From Sphingobacteriales bacterium (GTDB taxonomy: Bacteria; Bacteroidota; Bacteroidia; Chitinophagales; JADIYW01), in NCBI GenBank assembly GCA_016699615.1, contig CP064984.1, positions 590,185-654,184 on the forward strand: a DNA stretch of 64,000 nucleotides. Reading direction: 5' to 3'. The translations under genes and the position numbers were made by a program. The notes below the pieces were generated by a model. That model was not told the DNA's origin, ran no database searches, and saw only the letters and a program-made list of their open reading frames with translations. Shown here in pieces: positions 9,725-18,867 of this stretch; position 1 is the stretch's first letter; every line of letters begins with the position of its first letter.

Positions 9725-9761
9725 TAGTGTATAGCAATCAAATGCTATACACTATTTTTTT
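9725..9761 (+). terminator. Rho-independent terminator
   Basis: Perfect 12-bp stem (tagtgtatagca / tgctatacacta), a 6-nt loop, then T7. Confidence 0.85.
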
Positions 9762-9919
9762 ACTACACAATTAATATGGAGAACGTCGTTGTTATTATTA
9801 CCAAAAACAACAAATATATTAACAAAGACAACAAAGATATAAGTTATTCATTGTGAGATAATTTTATATTCAGAAAATAAATTTTATTCTTTATATTTAG
9901 TAAATAAAACTATTGAATT

Positions 9920-10777
9920 ATGGCAATTAGTGTTAAGAACTATGGAAACTTAAAAAAAACAAAAAGTTGTACAGCAATTTTTGTAGACAACAATAGTATC
10001 ATTGATACCTATGACGAAAAATATAAAACACTTGATACTACTACTTTTGGCAAAAAGTATAATCTACTTATCAATTCATCCTTGTATAATTTACCATCAA
10101 TAAAAAACAGCTTACCTACTTGCTTTCTTATTAGTAATAATAACGGTAAAAAACTTATCATTACAGCAAGACATGTATTAGAATATGGATTAATCAAGAC
10201 TATATCATCTACTTTAGATGAGCTATTTACAAAAATTAGCGTTGTATTTGGTTATGATGATATGCATAATAATCATAGTATAGCAACAAAAGAAATATTT
10301 AAAATTGTAGGTGTATATAATGACACTTACAATGCAAAAACAAATCCGCATGATTTTGTTATTCTTGAAATTAAAGATGAAAATAATTTATTAGATAAAA
10401 AGCAAAGTTCTATTCAAATTGGGAAATTATCGGAAACAGAAATTGAAATCGATAATAATATTTATACTCAAGGATATCCGTATGGAATGCCATTATATAA
10501 AAGCTATGGTAAATTAGAAGCAAAAGAAACTAAAAAAACAGGTTATTACATTTCTAGTTTATCAGCATTTAATGGACATAGTGGTTCTCCTGTATTTAAT
10601 TCCAATCATGAAATAATAGGAATTATTTTCGGCGGTAGTGGAGATTTTGAATATGTAAAAAAGAAAACTAATAAAAAAACAGAAGTATTTAGAAAACTCA
10701 AATATAGAAAGTTCAAATTAGAGAAAGAAAATGGCATATACATATTACCAATAAAAAATATAATTAATTATTTATAA
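9920..10777 (+). CDS. cytoplasmic trypsin-like (S1/chymotrypsin-fold) serine protease
   Basis: The catalytic triad appears in canonical order: LIITARHVLEY (His), PHDFVILEI (Asp), FNGHSGSPVFN (Ser). No signal peptide or TM helix is present. Confidence 0.75.
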   Translation: MAISVKNYGNLKKTKSCTAIFVDNNSIIDTYDEKYKTLDTTTFGKKYNLLINSSLYNLPSIKNSLPTCFLISNNNGKKLIITARHVLEYGLIKTISSTLDELFTKISVVFGYDDMHNNHSIATKEIFKIVGVYNDTYNAKTNPHDFVILEIKDENNLLDKKQSSIQIGKLSETEIEIDNNIYTQGYPYGMPLYKSYGKLEAKETKKTGYYISSLSAFNGHSGSPVFNSNHEIIGIIFGGSGDFEYVKKKTNKKTEVFRKLKYRKFKLEKENGIYILPIKNIINYL

Positions 10778-10793
10778 CTTTAAAACTATTAAT

Positions 10794-11246
10794 ATGGCAA
10801 AGTACAAAAACAAAACAATTTTACCAGCAGGAGTTGAACTTGATGGTATACTAACACTAAATCCTGAAATTCTTTCAGAAGAAGAATTCAAAGTACATCT
10901 CATACAATGGGCAGATAAGCAAAACAGACAAATTAATATTGATGACATAACCATAACAGAGTATGATGAAGGTTGGCAAAATAAATTAGAATCCAACAAA
11001 CACAATTTTTCTATCACTATTCAATCAAATCAAACTGATGGTGTATTAAAATTAGATGAAGGCAATATTGGATTTTCAATACAATACAAACCATTTGTTA
11101 CTGGAGAAGAGTATACTTTATATTTTATTGTAACAATTAAAATTAGTGGAGAAGAACCATTTGATATTGCATTTTCTTCTTTTATTAAAGGTGGCGACAC
11201 AGTTACAGGTCATGGTGATGTAAACATTACAGCAAAAAGTAGTTAA
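10794..11246 (+). CDS. hypothetical 150-aa soluble protein, partner of the trypsin-like protease
   Basis: Starts 16 nt after the protease stop and shares its terminator. It looks beta-rich and has no recognisable motif. Confidence 0.5.
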   Translation: MAKYKNKTILPAGVELDGILTLNPEILSEEEFKVHLIQWADKQNRQINIDDITITEYDEGWQNKLESNKHNFSITIQSNQTDGVLKLDEGNIGFSIQYKPFVTGEEYTLYFIVTIKISGEEPFDIAFSSFIKGGDTVTGHGDVNITAKSS

Positions 11247-11273
11247 TAATTAGAATTGTAATTTCATATTCTG

Positions 11274-11302
11274 AACCGATGATATTTGTCATCGGTTTTT
11301 TT
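11274..11302 (+). terminator. Rho-independent terminator
   Basis: 9-bp stem (aaccgatga / tcatcggtt), 6-nt loop, T-run. Confidence 0.8.
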
Positions 11303-11352
11303 ATATTATAGATAAAAGTTTGTTTGTATCTTAATGATATATTTCAAAACTT

Positions 11353-12743
11353 ATGAAAAAATCTAAACTAATAGACCTGTTAAAATCATTTAATAATTTA
11401 GAAATAAAAGATTTATCTATTTATATTAATCAAGTCTATTATAAAGATGAAGCTCATGCATATAAAATGTTCACTTATTTATATAAGCAATACCCACAAT
11501 TTTTAGAAAAGAATACAGAAAAAACAAAAGTATATAAAAAAATATTCGCAAATAAAACTTATGATGAAAATAAGTTATCTAAAATTATGTCAGAATTAAC
11601 AAAGAATATTGAAGATTTCATAATTACAATTTTCTCAAAGAATAACGAACTATCAAATAAAATACAATTGCTAAATTATTATAATCAACGCAATTTAACA
11701 AAGCACTATTTACAAACAGAAAAAGAGATATTAAAACTACAAACCGAAACTCCGATTAGTATTCAACAAGGATTGCTATCATATCAATTTGAATTTATTA
11801 GACTAATTAATAGAATTAAAACTGATGTGAGAAATCCAAACTATCAAATAATATTTGACAACATTAGTATATTTTGCGAAACTCAAAAATTAAGATGGCA
11901 TAATTTAAACTTTACAAGTATGCTACCAGAATTAAAAACAACAATAATTAATGAAGATACTGTAAGTATATATTATGAATTACATTGCAAGATTAGAACT
12001 CTATTCTTAGAAAACAATGACACTTATCTAAAAGAAATAATTCAATATCTAAAAGAAAATAAAATTAATCTTGATAAGATTGAAAGAGATGAAATATATT
12101 TTTATTAGTAGCATATACCTTAGACAAAGGAAACAAAGGTAATATAATTTATCATCAATACTTGTTTGAGATTTACAAACTAATGGATGAACATAGTATA
12201 TTTCTAAATATATATTTACAAATAGAATTAGCAGCGTACAAAAATTACATCACCTTAGCATTAAAGTTTAATGAAATTAATTTAGCAGAAAAATTCTTAG
12301 AAAAATACAAATCACATTTACAAGATGAACACAAAGAAGAAGTATACAATTTTAATAAAGCACTTATTTTATTTGAAAAAAAAGACTATTCTAGCGTAAT
12401 AGATTTATTATTATTTCTCAACTTTAAAGATGTATTTTATAAGTTAAATCAGCGTAGATTATTAGTTAAAACATACTTTGAAATTAGCCAAACAAACGAA
12501 TCATATTTTAAACTACTAATAGATTATATTGCATCTTTCAAAAAGTATCTTTTATCACTCAAAACACTTCCAGAAGATTATATTATTCTAAATAAAAATT
12601 TTATAAAATTTACTGAAATACTAATATCAAAACAAAAGCTGAATAAAAATGATGCAAAAACATTCTCAGATAAACTCTCAAAAGTAGAAAAAATTTCTGA
12701 ACGAAATTGGTTTAACGAAAAGATTGCACAAAGTCTAAAGTGA
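11353..12743 (+). pseudogene. helical-repeat (TPR-like) protein of unknown function, frameshifted as sequenced
   Basis: ORFs 11353..12108 and 12162..12743. The downstream frame is already open from 12093. Adding one T to the T5 run at 12099..12103 gives ...ERDEIYFLLVAYTLDKGNKGNIIYHQYLFEIYK..., a single ORF of about 460 aa. Confidence 0.5.
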
Positions 12744-12746
12744 AAT

Positions 12747-14126
12747 TTATTTTACAAGTTCGCTTGCTAATTTATTGCCCAATGTCATGATAGTTAATCC
12801 TGGATTAATGCCTGGTGCATTTGGAAAAATACTTGAATCTGCTATGTATAATGTTTTTTCTCCATGTACTGTAAAATCTGGTGCTACAACAGATTTTGCG
12901 CCATCTGTTCCCATTACACAACCACCCATCAAATGCAAACCAAAATATAAGTTAGACTCATACACTTCATACGCACCTGCTTCTACCAATATTTTCTTTA
13001 TGGCATCAAGTCCTTTATTTTTTCTTGCAATATCTTGATTGGTTAATGGTTTATGTACAATCAATTTTCCATTATTGTCTATTTGTATTTCGCCAACATT
13101 TTCATCACGCACAGCCACTTCTATACATTGCATATGTCTATATCTTTTTAGTGCATCTTGGTGTGCTGCACCAACTTGTCCAAACAACATGCCTGTTGCA
13201 ATTGGTGGTGCAAATACATTTTCCAACTTAAAACCTTCTTTCCTAAAATTTGGATCTTTTGAAGCAACACTCTGAAACATACCTTTGTGTGCATCTACTT
13301 TTTCTTTTTGAAAACCAAACCACATAAATTGCGGATGTGATGCAAATTTTTTGCCTAGTGTAGGCAATTTACTTTTAAACCCAGATTGCAACATCATTTT
13401 TGTAGTGCCAAATGAACCACCAGCCAGAATTACTTTTTTTGCTTCAAACTTCACTCTAGTTCCTTGCTGCAATCCATATATTTTACAAGTATCTTGATTA
13501 GGTTCTACTTTGAGTATTTCTACTTCTGTTTGAATTGCCATTCCTGTTTTTTCTGCTTTCTGTACAAAAGCTACCATAGAACTTTGCTTAGAATCTCGAT
13601 GACATCCACCTAAACATGCCAAACAATCATTTTCTCTTTCAGGTGCGCAATCACTTTGTCCTCTTCGTAAGAAATGCCATTTGTATCCTAATTTATCACA
13701 TGCTGCAGCAAATAGTTTTCCGTTTGGGCGCATTTCTTCAGCACAAAATGTATGTAAAGCTAATTCTTTTTCAACTTGCTCATAATGTTTTTGCATAGCA
13801 TTAGAATTAAACCAATCTACACCACTTTCTGCTTTCCAATCATCCAATGCAATATCATCAAATCTGTCCATCAAACATTGATAAACAATTGAAGAACCAC
13901 CAACCAATCTTGTGCGTAGAAATCCCATTCTTCCATCTTTCGAAAACTCAATTCCTCCACCCCAATATAATTTTGCTGATGTTTCTGCTTCTGTTCTTGG
14001 AAATGTATTTTTTCTATAAAATTTCCCTGCTTCTAATAGCAAAACCTTTGCACCTGCTTGGTGCAAAAAGAAAGCTAAAGAACCACCGCCACTTCCAGAA
14101 CCTACTACTATAAAATCGTATATCAT
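12747..14126 (-). CDS. GMC-family FAD-dependent oxidoreductase
   Basis: N-terminal YDFIVVGSGSGGGSLAFFL dinucleotide fold, and a C-terminal GMC signature region (LYIADSSIFPNAPGINPGLTIMTLG). Confidence 0.8.
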   Translation of the reverse strand: MIYDFIVVGSGSGGGSLAFFLHQAGAKVLLLEAGKFYRKNTFPRTEAETSAKLYWGGGIEFSKDGRMGFLRTRLVGGSSIVYQCLMDRFDDIALDDWKAESGVDWFNSNAMQKHYEQVEKELALHTFCAEEMRPNGKLFAAACDKLGYKWHFLRRGQSDCAPERENDCLACLGGCHRDSKQSSMVAFVQKAEKTGMAIQTEVEILKVEPNQDTCKIYGLQQGTRVKFEAKKVILAGGSFGTTKMMLQSGFKSKLPTLGKKFASHPQFMWFGFQKEKVDAHKGMFQSVASKDPNFRKEGFKLENVFAPPIATGMLFGQVGAAHQDALKRYRHMQCIEVAVRDENVGEIQIDNNGKLIVHKPLTNQDIARKNKGLDAIKKILVEAGAYEVYESNLYFGLHLMGGCVMGTDGAKSVVAPDFTVHGEKTLYIADSSIFPNAPGINPGLTIMTLGNKLASELVK

Positions 14127-14196
14127 TTTTATTTAGTATTTTAGAGATGAGATTATGAGATATTGAGAATATACAAATACATCTTTATTCATAAAA

Positions 14197-15762
14197 TTAT
14201 TTAATTTGTTCTTTTGTTCCTATTGCGTCTATTTGTAAGCCATTTACAGCAAACTTGATGTATTTTCTTGATTTTGCAAACCATGCTTCCATTAAATTCT
14301 TTAATAGTTTTGCTTTATTTTCTGTGTATGGATACCAATGTGGATCTACTACTTTACTCATATTATCAATAAATACAGATTTGTGATTGCAGAAAGTTAG
14401 GATACCTTCTTCACCTTTAAATCTGCCAATTCCTGATTGTTTGGTACCACCAAATGGTAAGTATGGATTTGCTTCATTAATCATGTGGTTGTTGATACAG
14501 AAATTTCCTGTTTTAATTGCACGTGCTACACGCACACCACGTTCTTTATCTTTTGTCCATACAGAACCACCTAATCCATAAATAGAATCATTGGCTAATG
14601 TAATAGCTTCTTCTTCAGTTTTAAATTTCATAACTGCAAGCGTTGGTCCAAAAGTTTCTTCTGATGCAATTTTCATCTCATGTGTACAATTATCTAAAAT
14701 AGTTGGTGGAATATGCATAGAACCTTTTTCCTTAATTCCTCCACACAATAAACGTGCGCCTTTAGCTAATGCATCTTCAATATGATCTTCTACAATAGCT
14801 ACTTGAAAAGATGCAGTCATCGCTCCTACATCACATTCATCTGGTCTTGAGGTATCTCTATTTGGATTGGAAACGCGAAGTTTTTTAGTTTTATCAACTA
14901 ATTCTGCCACAAATTTATCGTAAATAGATTCTTGCACATATAATCTTTCTATCCCAGTACAGTTTTGTCCTGCATTGGTAAATGCACCCCACATTATTCC
15001 ATTAATAGTTCTATCAAAATTTACATCATCAAATACAATTGATGCATCTTTTCCTCCGAGTTCTAAATCAACTGGAATTAAATCTTGAGCTGCTAATTGT
15101 GCAATTTTCTTTCCTGTGTTCACAGAACCTGTGAAATGTATTTTATCTGGTCTTTCTGCAATTAATGCTGCACCTGTAGATTTTCCGCCAAATACAATTT
15201 GAATGGCATCTTGCATAAAACCTGAATGTGCAAAGAAATGTTCCCACAATGGTTTTAATGGTGTTACCTCTGATGGTTTTACAATAGTTGCATTGCCTGC
15301 AATAAATGCTAACATACTTGGAACAATTACTTGATAAAAAGGAAAATTCCAAGGTGTGATAACTAAGATTGTACCCAATGGTTCGAAGAATTGTTTAGAT
15401 TTTTTTCCCATTAAAAAAATTGGTACTGGCACATCTTTATCTTTCAATAATTTTGGTGCTAATTTTTTATATACATCAATCACATCGCATACTTCAAATA
15501 CTTCTGCTGCAAATGCATCTGTTCTTGCTTTGCCTGTTTCTGCAATGATATAATCTAAAATTACATCTGCATATTGCATGACATATTGATTGATTTTTTC
15601 TATTTCTGCTAATCTATCTGCAAGTGACATCTTAGCAATTTTATTTTGCACAATATTTGCTTTTTGATAATATTGTTTGATTTGCGCTGGTGTTTGCTCT
15701 TCAATACTGTACAATATTGAGCCATTAATTGCATTTGTAACATTCAATGAATTTTCTTGCAT
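14197..15762 (-). CDS. NAD(P)-dependent aldehyde dehydrogenase
   Basis: Catalytic motifs LELGGKDA and FTNAGQNCTGIERLYV, and the length typical of the ALDH superfamily. Confidence 0.9.
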   Translation of the reverse strand: MQENSLNVTNAINGSILYSIEEQTPAQIKQYYQKANIVQNKIAKMSLADRLAEIEKINQYVMQYADVILDYIIAETGKARTDAFAAEVFEVCDVIDVYKKLAPKLLKDKDVPVPIFLMGKKSKQFFEPLGTILVITPWNFPFYQVIVPSMLAFIAGNATIVKPSEVTPLKPLWEHFFAHSGFMQDAIQIVFGGKSTGAALIAERPDKIHFTGSVNTGKKIAQLAAQDLIPVDLELGGKDASIVFDDVNFDRTINGIMWGAFTNAGQNCTGIERLYVQESIYDKFVAELVDKTKKLRVSNPNRDTSRPDECDVGAMTASFQVAIVEDHIEDALAKGARLLCGGIKEKGSMHIPPTILDNCTHEMKIASEETFGPTLAVMKFKTEEEAITLANDSIYGLGGSVWTKDKERGVRVARAIKTGNFCINNHMINEANPYLPFGGTKQSGIGRFKGEEGILTFCNHKSVFIDNMSKVVDPHWYPYTENKAKLLKNLMEAWFAKSRKYIKFAVNGLQIDAIGTKEQIK

Positions 15763-15841
15763 ATTTTTACTTTTTACAAAGTGAAAATACCAATTTTTAG
15801 TGATATTACAAGAAATGAATCGGAAAAAATTAGCTAATTAC

Positions 15842-17050
15842 TTATAATGACATCTTTATTATCTGAATTGCTTTTGCTATTTCTTCTTGTGTAATGATAA
15901 GTGGTGGTGCAAACCTAATAATATTTCCGTGTGTTGGCTTGGCTAGCAAACCATTTTTCATCATTTTCAAACAAATATCCCATGCTAAGTTTTCGTTTGA
16001 TGAGTTATCTATTTCTATTGAATTTAATAAGCCTTTGCCTCTTATTTCTTTTATAGCTGGGTGATTTATATTTTTTAATTCGCTTCTAAATATTTCACCC
16101 ATTTTATATGCATTGTCTGCTAAATTTTCTTCTAATACAACTTCCAATGCTGCTTGTGCTACTTTGCAAGCCAAAGGATTGCCACCAAAAGTTGAACCAT
16201 GTTCGCCTGGTTTTATAGTTAGCATAATTTCGTCATTGGCAAGTACTGCACTTACTGGCATTACGCCGCCACTTAATGCTTTACCTAATATTAGAATATC
16301 TGGTTTTACTTGTTCATAATTGCAAGCTAACATTTTTCCTGTGCGTGCTATACCTGTTTGCACTTCATCTGCTACAAACAGTACATTGTATTTTGTACAT
16401 AGTTCACGTACTTTTTTTAGATATCCATTATCTGGAACCATTACGCCTGCTTCGCCTTGAATTGGTTCTACAAAAAATGCTGCTACATTTTTATCTTGAA
16501 ATTCTTGTTCTAATACTTCTGTATTGTTGAATGGTATTTTGTAAAATTCTGGTACAAATGGTCCAAAATTATTGTATGAGCTTGGATCTGTTGATGCAGA
16601 AACAGCTGCAATGGTGCGTCCCATGAAATTGTTTTCTGCAAAAATTATTTTTGCTTTATTAGGCTCAACTCCTTTTACTTCATACGCCCATTTTCTTGCT
16701 AATTTAAGTGCTGTTTCATCGCCTTCTACGCCTGTGTTCATCATCAATACTTTGTCGTAACCAAAAAGTGTTGTGATGTATTGTTCAAATTCGCCCAACA
16801 AATTATTATGAAATGCGCGTGATGTAAGTGTAAGTGTTTGTGCTTGCTGAACTAATGCATCAATTATTTTTGGATGGCAATGTCCTTGATTGACTGCAGA
16901 ATAGGCAGAAAGAAAATCTAAGTATTTTTTTTCTTCGACATCCCAAACATAAACTCCATTGCCTTTGGCAAGTACCACTGGCAATGGATGATAGTTATGT
17001 GCTCCATATTTTTTCTCTAAATTGATATAGTATTGTGAAGATTGATTCAT
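15842..17050 (-). CDS. rocD: ornithine--oxo-acid aminotransferase
   Basis: [46 protein letters not shown] and [15 protein letters not shown] are class-III aminotransferase motifs of the OAT type. Confidence 0.85.
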   Translation of the reverse strand: MNQSSQYYINLEKKYGAHNYHPLPVVLAKGNGVYVWDVEEKKYLDFLSAYSAVNQGHCHPKIIDALVQQAQTLTLTSRAFHNNLLGEFEQYITTLFGYDKVLMMNTGVEGDETALKLARKWAYEVKGVEPNKAKIIFAENNFMGRTIAAVSASTDPSSYNNFGPFVPEFYKIPFNNTEVLEQEFQDKNVAAFFVEPIQGEAGVMVPDNGYLKKVRELCTKYNVLFVADEVQTGIARTGKMLACNYEQVKPDILILGKALSGGVMPVSAVLANDEIMLTIKPGEHGSTFGGNPLACKVAQAALEVVLEENLADNAYKMGEIFRSELKNINHPAIKEIRGKGLLNSIEIDNSSNENLAWDICLKMMKNGLLAKPTHGNIIRFAPPLIITQEEIAKAIQIIKMSL

Positions 17051-17126
17051 TACTACAAAGATAGAAAAATGTTATGGTTTGTAATGGATTTGGTATTTGT
17101 AATTTCCTATGGTAAATGATTCTATT

Positions 17127-17966
17127 CTATTGTCCTTTACTTGTATTTCTTGTATAAATAATGTCTATATCTGTATTTTCTCCGTCTAAATTCACTGTAA
17201 TCTTATTTGGTAATTTTGATGATGGTGTAGATTCAATTTTTACATTATTTGCTAACAATAATTTTTGTATGCCTATTGATGTTATAAATTCATCTGTATT
17301 TAATTTTTCTATTAAAGCACTCAAAATAAAATCATTAATATTAAAACCAATCATTGAATAATCGTTACTTATTCCGGTAGAATAATCAAATGTATAAGAT
17401 TCCTTTAATTCATTTTGATTGATATAAAATGGTTCATTAGTATAAAAGTCACTAGCTGTAATTGTATTTATACTGTTATCTGAATAAGTAATATTTTTAT
17501 TAACAGAAGCATTAAAATCAATACAATCGCCAAATGAACAATCTCTTTGCTCAACTTTATATTTATATTGCGTTAATTTACTTGATAAATCTCTGATAAA
17601 AAACATGGAATCTGGTGTGATTAAATCATTACCTGGGTCATCATTGGTGTAATATGAAATATAGTTGATTAAATTACTTTTCACATCAATATCTAATAGT
17701 CCAACTGTTGGAGCGTATAGTGAACTTCTATCATACAACCTGTATGTTTTTGATATACTAGTATTTGTTGATGCAAAGACTAGAGAGTCATTAGTTTTTA
17801 AGTTATCAACTAAAATATCTTGATTGCCTGCAACTACAAATACTTGTATTGAATCTATAAAATATTTTTGTTGAGCTGATGGTTGTGGCACTTCATTTGG
17901 ATTACATGCAATGAAGCTAAAAGAAATTAGAATCAAGTAGCTAAATTTTGAGATTATTTTTTTCAT
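17127..17966 (-). CDS. lipoprotein, paralog of the upstream gene
   Basis: Lipobox FIAC. It shares the GFNINDFILSAL / PSSKL motifs with ORF 17979..18857. Confidence 0.6.
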   Translation of the reverse strand: MKKIISKFSYLILISFSFIACNPNEVPQPSAQQKYFIDSIQVFVVAGNQDILVDNLKTNDSLVFASTNTSISKTYRLYDRSSLYAPTVGLLDIDVKSNLINYISYYTNDDPGNDLITPDSMFFIRDLSSKLTQYKYKVEQRDCSFGDCIDFNASVNKNITYSDNSINTITASDFYTNEPFYINQNELKESYTFDYSTGISNDYSMIGFNINDFILSALIEKLNTDEFITSIGIQKLLLANNVKIESTPSSKLPNKITVNLDGENTDIDIIYTRNTSKGQ

Positions 17967-17978
17967 TTTGTTGTTTTT

Positions 17979-18857
17979 TTATTTGTAATATAATTTATAT
18001 TTAATATATGTTTGATTACCATATATATCAAAATTAATGGTAAAGTCTTTTATTCTGTTATTGAAATTACTATCAAAAGTATAAGAAATTTTTCCTTGTG
18101 TAACTTCAGAAAACGAATAGTTTCTTAATGGAATTTCACTGATTAGTTTAGAAGATGGCGTATTTATTTTTTTACTTAAATTAAATATACATGCATTCAA
18201 AAAATAGGGTTTAGAGAAATTAAGAAAGTGTGAAAGAATTAGGTCATTTACATCTAGTCCTATTTGGTTATAGTTGTTATCAAAGTTAGAATAAACAATT
18301 ATTGGATTATCATAAAATATAGAATCAGGGTAAAAGTCTATACAAAATGGATCGTCAGATGGGAAAGTATTTCTATTCTCATATGTTATTGATTTTATAT
18401 TTTTATTTTCATATGCTATATTATAAACTGTCTCATTAAATCCATATGGACATGTTGGACTATAAGGCATATCTACTGATTTCCTATTATAAATTTTGTT
18501 AATGCTATTATCTGTATTTCTTGTAAAATATAATGAATCATAAGTTGTAGTTTGTGAGCCTAATGTTTGCATACTTTGAGTATATAAATAATCATTAATA
18601 AAACGGTATTCTTTAGCAAAATCATAAGGTAAACTTGCATCAATATTATAGACAAGTGTGGTATCTACTTTCTTAATTATTGTTTCTTGAAAATAACTAG
18701 TGTCATTCTTCCTCAACACATAGTTCTCATTAAAAAAACCATCCTCAATTGAAATAGAATCTATTTCATATTGTACATTATCAACCTTACTATTTTCATT
18801 CTTGTTACAAGAAGATAAAATAATTGATATAAAGATTACATAAATTATATTTTTCAT
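17979..18857 (-). CDS. lipoprotein, paralog of the downstream gene
   Basis: Lipobox LSSC, with motifs GLDVNDLILSHF and TPSSKL. Confidence 0.6.
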   Translation of the reverse strand: MKNIIYVIFISIILSSCNKNENSKVDNVQYEIDSISIEDGFFNENYVLRKNDTSYFQETIIKKVDTTLVYNIDASLPYDFAKEYRFINDYLYTQSMQTLGSQTTTYDSLYFTRNTDNSINKIYNRKSVDMPYSPTCPYGFNETVYNIAYENKNIKSITYENRNTFPSDDPFCIDFYPDSIFYDNPIIVYSNFDNNYNQIGLDVNDLILSHFLNFSKPYFLNACIFNLSKKINTPSSKLISEIPLRNYSFSEVTQGKISYTFDSNFNNRIKDFTINFDIYGNQTYIKYKLYYK

Positions 18858-18867
18858 ATTTATATTT

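Noticed and set aside
14127-14196. GAGAT repeated three times (gagatgagattatgagatattgaga) between the ALDH and GMC genes.
   Set aside because: It is short and degenerate and sits within a 70-bp intra-operon spacer. No symmetry or second copy elsewhere in the window supports a binding site.
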